Shown here: positions 1 to 10,428 of the stretch, one piece after another
How positions within the stretch are numbered: position 1 is the stretch's first letter
Layout of the letters: every line of letters begins with the position of its first letter
Origin: an uncultured Planctomycetaceae bacterium
GTDB lineage: Bacteria; Planctomycetota; Planctomycetia; Isosphaerales; Isosphaeraceae
DNA length: 64,000 nt
NCBI GenBank assembly: GCA_963833985.1
Contig: CAWIAD010000001.1
Span: 2,752,001 to 2,816,000, forward strand
Direction: 5' to 3'
Notes under the pieces: generated by a model
What the model saw: only the letters and a program-made list of their open reading frames with translations
The model's database searches: none
Told to the model about the DNA's origin: nothing
Translations under genes and position numbers: made by a program

Positions 1-374
1 CGCGACAGCGTTGTCCGCGCCAGCTTGAGCTGGGCCTGGTACAGGTTCACCTGGCCGACGGCCTGGTCGAGCTGCGCCTGGTAGGGCCGCGGGTCGATGA
101 CGAAGAGCAGGTCGCCTGCCTTGACCTCGGCCCCCTCCTCGAACTCCATCTTCACGAGGTAACCGGTGGTGCGCGGGCGAATGTCCACCGACTGGATGGC
201 GTCGGTGCGGCCGGTGAAGTCGACGAAGTCGGTGACCTCGCGGACGACCGGCTTGCTCACCGGGATGGAGACCGTCTCCGCGCGGGCAACCTGGGGAGGC
301 TTCCGCGCACAGCCGGCCGGCACGGCCAGCATGAGAGTCAGGCAGGCACAGCACCAGCGCATGGGTAAGGTCAT
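1..374 (-). CDS. RND efflux periplasmic adaptor (membrane fusion protein), 3' end outside window
   Basis: Manual translation from ATG 374: MTLPMRWCCACLTLMLAVPAGCARK...REVTDFVDFTGRTDAIQSVDIRPRTTGYLVKMEFEEGAEVKAGDLLFVIDPRPYQAQL; lipobox-like AGC plus AcrA/HlyD lipoyl motif. Confidence 0.9.
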   Translation of the reverse strand, partial: MTLPMRWCCACLTLMLAVPAGCARKPPQVARAETVSIPVSKPVVREVTDFVDFTGRTDAIQSVDIRPRTTGYLVKMEFEEGAEVKAGDLLFVIDPRPYQAQLDQAVGQVNLYQAQLKLARTTLS

Positions 375-484
375 CAACGGGCCCGCTCTTCCACGGATGC
401 GATCACTGACTTTCCCCGTATGCAGAACCGTCCGCATCGACCGGCGAGGGTGATCGGCCGCCAGTGACTATTCTTCAAGGAATA

Positions 485-2307
485 TCAGCGACAGTTCAAG
501 CGTGCCGGGTCTCGACTCGCCGCGGCTCCGCCACTTTTCGGTGGGATTGTCCACGCCGGCGGCATGATTGGACAGGCTTCGTGGCATGATGGCCTGCTCA
601 GGCGGCGGCCTTGCGCAGTCCGGCGCAGGAGGCCCAGGGGCACGAGCCCGATGGTCACGGCCACGCATGCCTGGCCCAGCCAGTCTCCCCAGTTGGTGTA
701 CAGGCTGGTCCGATCGTCAAGCGGGACCGTGACGCTGAGCACGCCCTCAGTCAACCGGGGACGGGTATCGCGGATCTCGCCGTTGCCGTCGATCAGGGCC
801 GAGATCCCCGTGTTCACGGCCCGCGCCAGCGGCGTGCGCTGCTCGATGGTGCGGAAGACGCTCACGGCCAGATGCATGTCCAGCTCCGACGAGCCGCGGA
901 ACCAGCCGTCGTTGGACATATTGATCAGCATGTCCGGCTGCCGTGCCCCCTGCGGCTCGCGGAAGAAGCGGCGGATCAGGTCCGGGACCGTGTCCTCGAA
1001 GCAGATCGCCACCGCCATGCGGTACGAGCCCAGGGGCAGAACCTTCGGCTCGGTGCCGAAGGCCAGGGTCGGCACGTAGCCGTTGCGGTACGGCGTGAAG
1101 ATGGTCAGCCAGGGGAGCGTTTCCAGAAACGGGATGAACTCGCCAAAGGGAACAAGATGGATCTTGGTGTATGCCTGCACGGTGCGGGCCATCGGCTCGA
1201 AGAGCAGCGCGGCGTTGTACTTGCTGAGCCGGTCCGGGCGATGGTCGTACATCAGGGCACCCACCAGCATCGGCACGCCGGCCCGGTCGGCCATGTCGTG
1301 CAGGTGCTCGGCGATCTTTTCCTTCTTCTCCAGCCACTCGGCCGTCTGAATCTCCCTGGAGATATGGGCCACCTGGCGCCCCATCTCGGCTGCCGACGTG
1401 GCCGGGTCGGTGATGATGTAACCATAGGGATACGCTGTCTCCGGCCAGACGAGGAGATCGGGCTTGGGCTCCACGGCCAGGGCGCGCGTGATCAGGTTCT
1501 CGATGCGCGTGAGGATCACCAGCGGATCTCCGCCCATCTTGTAGCGCTGCTCGAAGTTCGTTTGCAGCAGGGCCAGCCGCGGACCCGCGCGGAACTGCGC
1601 TGTTGACAGCCGGAAGGCGCCGTAGCAGAGCGAACCGCCGATCAGAACCGTCACCACCCAGAGCCGCACCATCTGCCTGGAGGTGAGCCTCATCCCGCGG
1701 GCCGTGGACCGGAGCAGTGGCAGCGACACCAGGTCCACCACCCAGGCATTGACCAGCACGACCAGAAAGCTGATTCCCAGGGCGCTTGTGGTGTCGGCGA
1801 TCTGGATGAGTGGCAGGAAACGGTACTGGCTGTGCCCCAGGTAGTACCAGGGGAAACCCGTGAGCACGAAGGCCCGGATAAACTCCATGCCGACCCAGAG
1901 GATCGGCGCCGCGAGCATGAGCGGCAGCCGGAGCCGGAACACGGCCAACCGCGTCAAGGCCAGGAATGCCGGCCACCACAGCGAGAACGCCAGCGCCATC
2001 GCCACCCAGGCCAGCCAGGCGGTGTCATCGGTCAGGCGGATCCATTGCAGGCTCAGGAACCAGAACGCGATGCCGCCGGTCCAGGCGCCCAGGTAGACTC
2101 CAGCGATCGGCTTTGCTGGACGGCCAGCCAGAGAAGGGGCACGAGACCCACCCAGGCCAGCCAGCTCCATTCCACGGGCGGAAAGGCCGTCCAGAGCACG
2201 GCACCCGAGGCCAGTCCCGCGACGATGGGCTCCGGCGCGAGGCGAAAGCCCCCTTTCCGCTTGGAAAGGGTCCAGGCGTCCAGCTCCAGCGGCTGGGTCG
2301 TGGTCAT
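485..2307 (-). CDS. lnt: Apolipoprotein N-acyltransferase (frameshift near 2100)
   Basis: N-terminus in ORF 2053..2307 (LWTAFPPVEWSWLAWVGLVPLL), remainder in ORF 485..2737 with GFPW, VWPET, KIHLVPFGE, ICFED, NDGWF and RAVNTGIS motifs. Confidence 0.93.
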
Positions 2308-2366
2308 CTCCGGCTCCTCGCATGAGTGGACGACACGCGCTCGCGGTACGCACGGCCTCCCTGATC

Positions 2367-3596
2367 CTAGCGTAGCGGCAGAAAACGGACAATTTCTCCT
2401 GCCTCGAAAACGCGATCACCCACGGGGAAGATGGCGAACCCGTCGGCCAGAGCCATGCCCAGGAGGTCGGCCGAGCCGGCCCAGTCCAGCAGGTCAATCG
2501 TCGCTGGCGTGCCGGTCTCGGCCTGCGGTGGCTGGAGCCAGCGCGCCGGAGAATACGTCTCGCGGTCGCCGCGCTGGTGGTACTCACAGCCGAGCCGGGC
2601 CCATCGTTCCAGGACCGGCGGAGCCTGCAACCCCGCAAGCAGGTCGAGTGCCGGCCGGACGAAAACCAAGAAGCCCACCAGCGTACTGGCCGGGTTGCCC
2701 GGCAGCCCGAATACCAGCGTCCCTGGCCGCTCCCCACGCCGCGGTCCCACGCCGAACCAGAGCGGCTTGCCCGGCTTGATGCTCACCTTGTGAAAGACGC
2801 GCCGCACCCCGCTGCGCTCGAGCGCCGCGGGGACCAGGTCGCGCTGGCCGGCGGAGACCCCGCCGGTGATCAGCAGAACATCGAACGAGAGGCATTCGCG
2901 AACCATCCGGGAAAGCTCGTCGGCATCATCGGGCGTGATCGGCAACGCCCGGGGACACGTACCATGCTCCTGGGCCAGTTCCTCGAGCATGATGGCGTTG
3001 GAGTTGCGAATCTGGCCCGGGCCCGGCCGCTGGTCGGCAGCGACCAGCTCATCTCCGGTCGGCAGAATGGCCAGGCCGGGACGGGGGATGACCCGGACCC
3101 GTGTCCGGCCCACGGATGCCAGCAGTCCCAGGCAGGTGGGCGACAGGACCGTGCCGGGGCGCAGCAGGATGTCACCCTGCTGGTAGACGCGGCCCTGGCG
3201 GAGGATATTCTGGCCGGACCTCGGTCCGGAGCCCTCGATGATCAGCTCACCGGAATCGCATCGCGTGTGCTCCAGCATGACCACGGCGTCGGCCAGGGCG
3301 GGCAGGGGGGCCCCGGTCATGATGGCCGCGGCCTCCCCCGGTCCCAGCGGGCGGGTCGGTGGGCGGCCGGCCAGGATGGTCTCGCCGATCCGCAGCCGGC
3401 CGTCGGACTGCTTCAGGTCGTCCACCCGGACCGCGTAGCCGTCCACCAGCGCCTTGTCGAACGGCGGCTGGTCGGCGTCCGCCTCCACATGCTCGGCAAG
3501 AACACAGCCCAGGATCTCGCGGAGCGGCCCCTCGATCGGCGGCAAGGGCGTGGCCTCCCCGATCACCGCCGCGACAGCCTCTTCGACCCTGAGCAT
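2367..3596 (-). CDS. moeA: Molybdopterin molybdotransferase
   Basis: PPFDKALVDGYAV, IMTGAPLP, TGDEL, GQIRNSN, ITGGVSAG, KPGKP and GLPGNP motifs. Confidence 0.95.
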   Translation of the reverse strand: MLRVEEAVAAVIGEATPLPPIEGPLREILGCVLAEHVEADADQPPFDKALVDGYAVRVDDLKQSDGRLRIGETILAGRPPTRPLGPGEAAAIMTGAPLPALADAVVMLEHTRCDSGELIIEGSGPRSGQNILRQGRVYQQGDILLRPGTVLSPTCLGLLASVGRTRVRVIPRPGLAILPTGDELVAADQRPGPGQIRNSNAIMLEELAQEHGTCPRALPITPDDADELSRMVRECLSFDVLLITGGVSAGQRDLVPAALERSGVRRVFHKVSIKPGKPLWFGVGPRRGERPGTLVFGLPGNPASTLVGFLVFVRPALDLLAGLQAPPVLERWARLGCEYHQRGDRETYSPARWLQPPQAETGTPATIDLLDWAGSADLLGMALADGFAIFPVGDRVFEAGEIVRFLPLR

Positions 3597-3609
3597 GTGT
3601 TCGCCTTGT

Positions 3610-4188
3610 TCAACCGGGTGGTCGTTCCAGGAAATTCTTGAGCAGCCTGATGCCTTCGAGGGTCAGGAAGCTCTCCGGATGATACTGCACGCCCTCCAGC
3701 GGGTAGGTCGTGTGGCGGACGCCCATGATCTCGTTCTGGTCCGTCCAGGCCGTCACCTCGAACTCCGGGGGAAGCGTTCCCGGCTGGATCACCAGGCTGT
3801 GGTAGCGAGTGGCCTCGAACGGGTTGTCGAGATCGCGGTAGACGCCACGCCCGTCATGGTGAATCCAGGACGTCTTGCCGTGCATGATGCGGCCGGCGCG
3901 GACGACCTTCGCGCCGAAGGTGTGACCAATGCACTGGTGCCCCAGGCAAACGCCCAGCAGCGGGATCGTGGGACCGAGCCGGGCGATCAGTTCGTTGGAG
4001 ATCCCCGCCTCCAGGGGCGTGCACGGTCCCGGTGAGATGATCAGATGCGATGGGTTCATCGCCTCGATCTCGGGCACGCTGACCTGGTCGTTGCGGCAAA
4101 CCTTCAGCTCGATGCCGGGATCGATCTCGCCCAGCCGCTGGACCAGGTTGTAAGTGAACGAATCGTAGTTGTCGATCAGCACGATCAT
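3610..4188 (-). CDS. trpG: Anthranilate/aminodeoxychorismate synthase component II (TrpG/PabA glutamine amidotransferase)
   Basis: IDNYDSFTYNL, SPGPC, GVCLGHQ, TRYHSL, QYHPES. Confidence 0.93.
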   Translation of the reverse strand: MIVLIDNYDSFTYNLVQRLGEIDPGIELKVCRNDQVSVPEIEAMNPSHLIISPGPCTPLEAGISNELIARLGPTIPLLGVCLGHQCIGHTFGAKVVRAGRIMHGKTSWIHHDGRGVYRDLDNPFEATRYHSLVIQPGTLPPEFEVTAWTDQNEIMGVRHTTYPLEGVQYHPESFLTLEGIRLLKNFLERPPG

Positions 4189-4437
4189 GAGGAGTCCGGG
4201 CTGCGTGCAAGGAATGGCGGGCTCGGCTGCCTGCCGACCTGTCCATGGAGATCGATCGTACCGTCGGCGCCTGGCCGTCGGAAGACGATCTCGCGCCGGC
4301 GGCCGTCCTCGGGCGATTGCGCGTGGTAGAGTTGAACTCTGGCAGAACCCGCGCTCGCAGGGCCTCAGCCGTTCTCGAAGGTCACCGGGCGTCGACCCGG
4401 AAGTGCCGCCACGAGCGTACCGACACGGAGGATCGCG

Positions 4438-4962
4438 ATGACCACGACCATCGTCTCTATCGCCCTGGTCCTGGGGCTAGGAAACAGCGGCCAGTGCTGC
4501 TCGGATCCGCTGCCCGGCCCGCACATGCATCGGCCGCCAAACTATCACTACAGGGTGCTGGGATCGGGCGGCTGGATCATGCCTCCGGGACCCGGCGACG
4601 GCTGGGGGTTTCCCAATAAAAACTCGGACCAGTCCGGCTGGTACGACAATGGGCCCTACCTGCCACTGGGTCCTGACAGGACCACCGATTACTTCTTTCC
4701 CCGCTACTACACCGTTCCGCTTGACCAGGCGTTCATGGGCACGTATTACAACCCTTACGTCAATCGCGGCCAGCGCTACATTCCCTTCACCGGCAACGGC
4801 GGTTGCCACCCCATGGGCGGGCCCGCCCCCGACACCGCGCGCACTCCCGTTCGACCCTATAGCGACCTGGCGAACAAGCGAACAGTGAACAGCGTGCCGC
4901 GTCTCAACGGACGCGTCGAGGCGCCCGTGGTCAATTCGGGAACCACCGGGCTGACTCCCTGA
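4438..4962 (+). CDS. Hypothetical Pro/Gly/Tyr-rich exported protein
   Basis: 174-aa ORF with hydrophobic N-terminus, GGAGGA RBS upstream and host-like codon usage. Confidence 0.7.
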   Translation: MTTTIVSIALVLGLGNSGQCCSDPLPGPHMHRPPNYHYRVLGSGGWIMPPGPGDGWGFPNKNSDQSGWYDNGPYLPLGPDRTTDYFFPRYYTVPLDQAFMGTYYNPYVNRGQRYIPFTGNGGCHPMGGPAPDTARTPVRPYSDLANKRTVNSVPRLNGRVEAPVVNSGTTGLTP

Positions 4963-5107
4963 CCGTTCGCCCGGCGTCACCACCGACCGAGTGGAGAAAA
5001 CGCGACGGGGCGCAGGGGCTCTTGACGCGGCGTCCGGGACGCGCCATATGATGGTGTCCCTCCGATCACGTCGCTGAGATCGCCACGTAGCGCACAGGGA
5101 GCCGCCC

Positions 5108-5659
5108 GTGAAACCTCTCGATTTCAATCAGCCCGAACCGCTCGAAGAGTATGCCTCTCCCAAAGCCGGGCTTGACCCGGCCGCAAAGCCTCTGGGGAGC
5201 CTTGCCCAGTCCGCCCGGGGGAAGGAACTGAACCAGGCGCGGTGGATCCTGGTCTTCGTCGGCCTGTTGACCCTCGGGGGCAATATCTTCCTGATTTACA
5301 ACACGCCGCGCGAAGTGGATCAGGTACTCACCCAGGCGAACATTGATCCTGCACAGATGGAGCAGACGCGGCAGGCCGTCACCATGTTCTGCTACGTCAT
5401 CTATGGCGGGCTCTGTTCCCTGGGGGTGCTGTTTCTGCTTTTCAGCGTGTTCATCAAGTCTTACCCGGTGCCGATCACGATCATCAGCCTGGTGCTCTAC
5501 ATCCTGGCCAACGTGGGTGTCGGGCTCATGAACCCGGCGGCCGTGGCTTCGGGGCTGATCGTGAAGATCATCATCGTGGTCGGTCTCTTCCGGGCGATCA
5601 AGGCGGCGCGGGCTTACGAGAGTGAGCGCCGCGCCGAGGGGAGCCTGGCCTACGAATGA
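5108..5659 (+). CDS. Hypothetical membrane protein (~4 TM)
   Basis: Several hydrophobic segments; stop overlaps the next start (ATGA). Confidence 0.8.
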   Translation: MKPLDFNQPEPLEEYASPKAGLDPAAKPLGSLAQSARGKELNQARWILVFVGLLTLGGNIFLIYNTPREVDQVLTQANIDPAQMEQTRQAVTMFCYVIYGGLCSLGVLFLLFSVFIKSYPVPITIISLVLYILANVGVGLMNPAAVASGLIVKIIIVVGLFRAIKAARAYESERRAEGSLAYE

Positions 5660-6672
5660 TTGGCCGGACGGTCAGATCACGGCCCGAGCCTGTCGTCTGG
5701 GCGCTCTTGCTCATCGGCCTGGGGTTCGTCCTGGCCATCGCGGGCCCGCTCGCGGGTTGGCCGGTGCTGCTGCCCGCGGCACTGCTGCCGCTGGCCGTGG
5801 GCGGGTCGCTGCTGGTCCTGGGCCGAGAGCGCCCGTTCGTGGCCCGGTTCACCGAGGCAGGTGTGGAAGCCGGAGATCCACCCGTCCTGGTCCCTTACGA
5901 CCGGATGCTCCGGGTCGCCGCCGAGCAGGGCGCGGTGGACCCGAAAACCTTCCGCAAGCGATCCGCCGCGCTGCTGGTCGAGCACGATGCCGGCGTGCTG
6001 GGCTTTCCGTCCCGACTCGACTGCCCGTCCCACGAGATCTACGCCTTTCTGGCGGATCGCGTTCCGCATCGGTCCGGCCGCGATGTCCACCCCGCCCTGC
6101 TGGATTACCTGGAACGCGAGGAAGCGCGTTTCGGCCCGGACCAGATCTGGGTCTACTCCTGGACGCGCCGGCCCCGGCACTCGCGGCAGGCCCGCAGGCT
6201 GCGGGCGATCTGCATCGGGGCATTCATCGCCGCCGTCGGCTGGCTCGCCCTCGGCTTCTCGAGCGAGGCACCCATCGGCTGGACGATCACCGGCGTCATC
6301 ACCGCCGTCACCGCGGCGGTTTTGTTCCTGGCCAGTCGGGTGGCCAACGTTCCGCTGTCGATGGCTGGCCGGAACCTCAAGCAAGCCTGCCTGGTGATCG
6401 GCCCGAGCGGCATGGCCATGGTGCAGGGCGAGGTCCAGGGAGAGATCGGCTGGCCAGAGGTCCTTGACATCCGCTACGGGCCTCTCTTCTCCTTTCTGGG
6501 TTCGGGCCGGGGGCACGCGTCCGGACTCCCCTTCATCCGCCTGCGGGTCAAGGGAGCGGAGATCCCCATCCTGGATATCTACGACCGTCCGCTCTACGTG
6601 ATTCATGACCGCATGCTGGAGTGCAGGTCAGGCCAGAATCATCCCGCGGCAAGCTTCCCCGAACCGCGCTGA
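5656..6672 (+). CDS. Hypothetical membrane protein
   Basis: Two TM pairs each followed by a soluble segment; translationally coupled to the previous gene. Confidence 0.75.
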   Translation: MIGRTVRSRPEPVVWALLLIGLGFVLAIAGPLAGWPVLLPAALLPLAVGGSLLVLGRERPFVARFTEAGVEAGDPPVLVPYDRMLRVAAEQGAVDPKTFRKRSAALLVEHDAGVLGFPSRLDCPSHEIYAFLADRVPHRSGRDVHPALLDYLEREEARFGPDQIWVYSWTRRPRHSRQARRLRAICIGAFIAAVGWLALGFSSEAPIGWTITGVITAVTAAVLFLASRVANVPLSMAGRNLKQACLVIGPSGMAMVQGEVQGEIGWPEVLDIRYGPLFSFLGSGRGHASGLPFIRLRVKGAEIPILDIYDRPLYVIHDRMLECRSGQNHPAASFPEPR

Positions 6673-6855
6673 GTCATTGTCGAGGAACTACCGCCCGTCT
6701 TGCGGTTCTCGGCAGGCGGAACGTGCCGGCGCGCTGAGATCACGATCGGAACGGCGGACGCCTGCGAGATCCCTCGCGCTATGCCCTCCCTGTACTGGTG
6801 CGTCCCGATCGCTTCACCGCAGGTATTCCCTGCATCTGCTCTTCTCGTCGATTCA

Positions 6856-6893
6856 GGCCTTCCCGTAGCAAACGGACAAAAAACAACGCTAAG
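6856..6893. mobile_element. Tn3-family terminal inverted repeat (38 bp, degenerate outer end)
   Basis: GGCCTTCCCGTAGCAAACGGACAAAAAACAACGCTAAG: 38 bp ending ACGCTAAG like Tn3-family IRs (GGGG...TAAG), overlapping the TnpA remnant stop codon. Confidence 0.8.
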
Positions 6894-7065
6894 CCGGAGG
6901 CCGGCCCGGACGGAGCGGACGAAGCTTCGCACCGCCGAGGTCCTGGCTCATCTCGAAGGCGTATTTGCCGTAGGGGTTGATGTGCTCATAACGGCACGGT
7001 GAGAGGTGGCTCAGATCGGACTCCTGGACCAGGTGACCATCGATGCGGAGCCGGTCGAGCGCCGC
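6889..7065 (-). pseudogene. tnpA: Tn3-family transposase C-terminal remnant (58 aa)
   Basis: Manual translation AALDRLRIDGHLVQESDLSHLSPCRYEHINPYGKYAFEMSQDLGGAKLRPLRPGRPPA*, matching the TnpA C-terminal LSP..EHIN..GKY..LRPLR signature. Confidence 0.85.
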
Positions 7066-7084
7066 CGGGAGGGGAAACGGGGAC

Positions 7085-7143
7085 GGAGGGAAAACGGGGA
7101 CGCAGCTAGTTCTCGATTCTAGCTGCGTCCCCGTTTTCCCTCC
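7085..7143. repeat. Perfect 25-bp inverted repeat (REP-like palindrome)
   Basis: GGAGGGAAAACGGGGACGCAGCTAG (7085-7109), 9-nt loop, CTAGCTGCGTCCCCGTTTTCCCTCC (7119-7143); partial direct copy at ~7068-7084. Confidence 0.85.
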
Positions 7144-7712
7144 CGACCCTCGGAGGTGCTGGTGGCTTTGATGAAAGCCACTCTACTCTGCTGGCTCATA
7201 TCTGGCGAGCGGAAGACCTCGCGATCAGCAATCGGCGGGTCGTGACTCCACCGACGGCTGACCCACTCAACCAGCTACCGGGGAAGAAGAAAGCGACAGC
7301 AGCAGAAAGGGACAGAGCAGAAAGCAAGCAGAAAGGGACAAGCAACGCTGTCTTGCATCGCCCCAGACCCGCTCGCCCACCCTGGCAGCGCCAACCCGAC
7401 GCGGCTACGATGACCGTACGCGCATGGCACGCTTTAACACTGGCCTCGAGTTGCCCAACTGGAGCCCCGGCCAGGTTCGCAGTTCACGGTCGTCGTGAGC
7501 GTGACGGGGTCGGTGCGACGCAGTGGCGGCGTCATGCAGCCGCAAGGGGCTCCCGGCGTCATGTGGGTCATGCCCATTTCGTCAGGGCGGCTGAGAAACC
7601 CTTGTCCCATGCCCGACGCATTAGCGGATACCGGGGAATTGCGTTGGGGCTCTCGTCTTTGACAGGATGATGAGGACTGAGGAATCGTCAGGCTTACCAC
7701 GAGAGGGGAGCG

Positions 7713-8267
7713 GTGGCGATGAATCGAAGGCGGTTACTGGGCGTCCTTGGAGTTGGTGTACTGGCGAATCCGTCGGACAACCGAGCGGCCGAGCCCGCGG
7801 AGGTGGCCGCCCTGGCGGTTCGAATCGTCCCGACGAGCTACGGGGAGAAGGATCGACGGGCGGTTATCGACCTGCGCGGTGCCTCGGCGCATTTCCACGT
7901 CGTGGTCACCAACGTCTCGCGTGAGCCGATTCGGCTCTTCAAAGAGTGGTCCAGCTGGGGCTACTTCAACCTCTCGTTTCAGCTGACGGACGAGGCGGGC
8001 TCTTCGGTCAATGTGGAGAAGATGCAGCGAGCTTGGACCAGGAACTATCCCGACTGGGAGACCATCCCGCCCGGAGGGCACCATCTGCGGGAGGTGACGT
8101 TCGACCCGACGGATTGGGCGGGCTTGCCTCCGCCGGACGCCCATCGGCGCAAGGCCGTGAGGATGAAGGCCATCTACGACATCCAGCCGGACTGGGACAC
8201 GAAGGAGCATGGGGTCTGGACGGGCCATATCTCGTCGCCGGAGGAGTCGTACGAACTGTGGGGATAG
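7713..8267 (+). CDS. Hypothetical protein with twin-arginine-like signal peptide
   Basis: MNRRRLLGVLGVG N-terminus, GAGGGGAG RBS, beta-rich body. Confidence 0.75.
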   Translation: MAMNRRRLLGVLGVGVLANPSDNRAAEPAEVAALAVRIVPTSYGEKDRRAVIDLRGASAHFHVVVTNVSREPIRLFKEWSSWGYFNLSFQLTDEAGSSVNVEKMQRAWTRNYPDWETIPPGGHHLREVTFDPTDWAGLPPPDAHRRKAVRMKAIYDIQPDWDTKEHGVWTGHISSPEESYELWG

Positions 8268-8347
8268 GCGTCAGCTCGGGCCGCGCCGTATCGTTCTACC
8301 CGATTCAGGCGCATACCAGAGGCTGCCGACGCGGCAGTGTTCGCCGC

Positions 8348-8586
8348 TTCGAGGGGCGGTTCCAGAGCGTGGCGACCCTCGATGAGGAATCGTTGCCGGC
8401 GACCTGGGCTGACATCGATCTGAACCCGGTGGCCGCGGGCATTGCCGAGGTGCCCGAGGCCAGCTCGCACTCGTCGATCAAGGAACGGGTGGAGCACGTG
8501 CGGGAGCAGGACCGGGCCGAGGACCTGAAGGCTGCCGAGGCGGGCAGCGTGGCGGGGTCGCAGGCGGCGGAGGGGCTGGAAGAAGA
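8348..8586 (+). pseudogene. Fragment of IS200/RAYT-like (Y1 HUH) transposase
   Basis: FEGRFQSVATLDEESLPATWADIDLNPVAAGIAEVPEASSHSSI resembles the FWEGRFKS..LD....AY(I/V)DLNP.RAG motif; the Tyr position is Asp; no start or HUH part. Confidence 0.7.
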
Positions 8587-9307
8587 TGCCACGAAGTGCT
8601 GGTCGGGCTCACGCCCGAGGTTGGAGGCTGCGCCCGTGAAAACCACGTGCTCACGCACGTGGCCACACGCCCACGAATTCCCGCGCTCGTCCGTGGGCCA
8701 CTCTCCGTTTTCTCTGTGGTTCCACGGTTTTCCCGACTGACTGCGAAGAGGTGTCAGCAATGGTCGTGCGTATCCGGGTCTCAGGTCCTCACCGGGTGCC
8801 CTGGAGACGCCGAGGTCACGGCGCGATGTGCCGAGCCGGGGTGAAACGGGGTCCGGAACGAAACGGGACGCGGTTCGTTTCAGAGCGGGAGGCCGGGTGC
8901 GCTGCTTGTCAAGCCGGGCATCGGGCGGGTACGATGTGCAATTCCTGGAGCCTGCCTGGCGGCTGACAGCCTTGCGGCCCACGCCAGGGTCTCCGGACAG
9001 GCCGATGTTCGACTTCGCCTGAGGGTTTCGAACCTTCTTCACGAGCCGAACGTAGCAGGCCCAATGCGTGGGTCCACACGGCCTTGATCGTGCATCCGCC
9101 CACGGGTGGCGAATTCTGCCTCATGACACCATCATAATACTGATCGTCCCCGGCCCGTTCCGGCGCGAGCCCGGCGGGTACGGTCCGGTCACCGAACCGC
9201 GTTTCTTTCCACCGAGACTCCACAGCAAGAACAGGACAAGGCGACCGGGCGACACGTGGTTCCGTCGCAACTTCCATCCTCGTGATCCATCGTGAGACAA
9301 GGCGCTG

Positions 9308-10258
9308 GTGATGAAAACGACTCCTGAGGTGATCATTGAAACGCGAAACCTCACCAAGGTTTATCGCGATTTCTGGGGACGGCCGAAGGTCCAGGCGCTG
9401 AAGGCGCTGGATCTTCAGGTTCACCGCGGGGAGATCTTCGGGCTGCTGGGGCCCAATGGTTCGGGCAAGACCACGACGATCAAGCTGCTGCTGGGACTGA
9501 TCTTCCCGACCGACGGCGAAGCCCTGATCTTCAACGAGCCCACCTCGAACGTCTCGAAGAATGAGCGGATTGGCTACCTCCCCGAAGAGTCGTACCTGTA
9601 CAAGTTCCTCAATGCCGAGGAAACGCTCCATTTCTACGGCCGTCTCTTCAAGATCTCCGCGAGCGAGCGGACGAAGCGTGTCGGCCAGCTCATCGACATG
9701 GTGGGCCTGACCGGGGCCAAGCATCGCCAGCTGCGCGAGTACTCCAAGGGCATGCAGCGGCGCATCGGCCTGGCCCAGGCGCTGATCAACAACCCGGAGC
9801 TGATCCTGCTGGACGAGCCGACCTCGGGGCTCGACCCGATCGGCACCGCCGAGATCAAGCACCTGATCCGGGATCTCCGCGAGCAGGGCAAGACGATCGT
9901 CCTCTCGGGTCACCTGCTCGCGGACATGCAAGACATCTGCGACCGGATTGCCATCCTGCATCGCGGGGAGCTCAAGGAGCTGGGTCGCGTGTCCGACTTG
10001 CTGACGGTGCAGGACGTCACCCAGATCAAAGCGCGGAACCTCTCGCCAGCGGCGCTTGACGAGATCAAGGAGGTCATCGCCCGCCACGGCGGCGAGGACA
10101 TGAGCGTCGATCATCCGACGACCACGCTGGAGGAACTGTTCCTGCGGATCGTCCGCGAGAGCGATCTGCATCCGGGCCGTCGCAAGGTTGCCGGCGACGA
10201 TTCCAAGCCCGCTCAGCTCACACCTGCTGAGCTTGCCGGCACGCGGTCGGAATCCTGA
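9308..10258 (+). CDS. ABC transporter ATP-binding protein
   Basis: GPNGSGKTT Walker A, YSKGM signature, LILLDEP Walker B. Confidence 0.95.
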   Translation: MMKTTPEVIIETRNLTKVYRDFWGRPKVQALKALDLQVHRGEIFGLLGPNGSGKTTTIKLLLGLIFPTDGEALIFNEPTSNVSKNERIGYLPEESYLYKFLNAEETLHFYGRLFKISASERTKRVGQLIDMVGLTGAKHRQLREYSKGMQRRIGLAQALINNPELILLDEPTSGLDPIGTAEIKHLIRDLREQGKTIVLSGHLLADMQDICDRIAILHRGELKELGRVSDLLTVQDVTQIKARNLSPAALDEIKEVIARHGGEDMSVDHPTTTLEELFLRIVRESDLHPGRRKVAGDDSKPAQLTPAELAGTRSES

Positions 10259-10428
10259 ACAAACCGTCGCGAGCCGCACGCTGGCACGAGCACGGCTTCG
10301 CCCGCCGTCGCATGCCAGAGCACGGCGAGACGTCCGCCGCCGGACGCCAAGGCCGGCCCGAGAGCAGGCGCGGCAGCTTGAGAGACATCTTTTTCACTCG
10401 GACTTCGTTTCGGGGAGCCTCATCATCC

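Noticed and set aside
2308..2737. N-terminal extension of the 750-aa lnt ORF
   Set aside because: Overlaps moeA and is not Lnt-like; the true start is at 2307 in another frame.
8590..9300. Long intergenic region with several hairpins as a possible riboswitch or ncRNA
   Set aside because: No recognisable family consensus by eye; an Rfam/Infernal scan would be needed.
10281..10297. TGGCACGAGCACGGC possible sigma-54 site
   Set aside because: Lacks the TTGC -12 element and lies inside an apparent operon.
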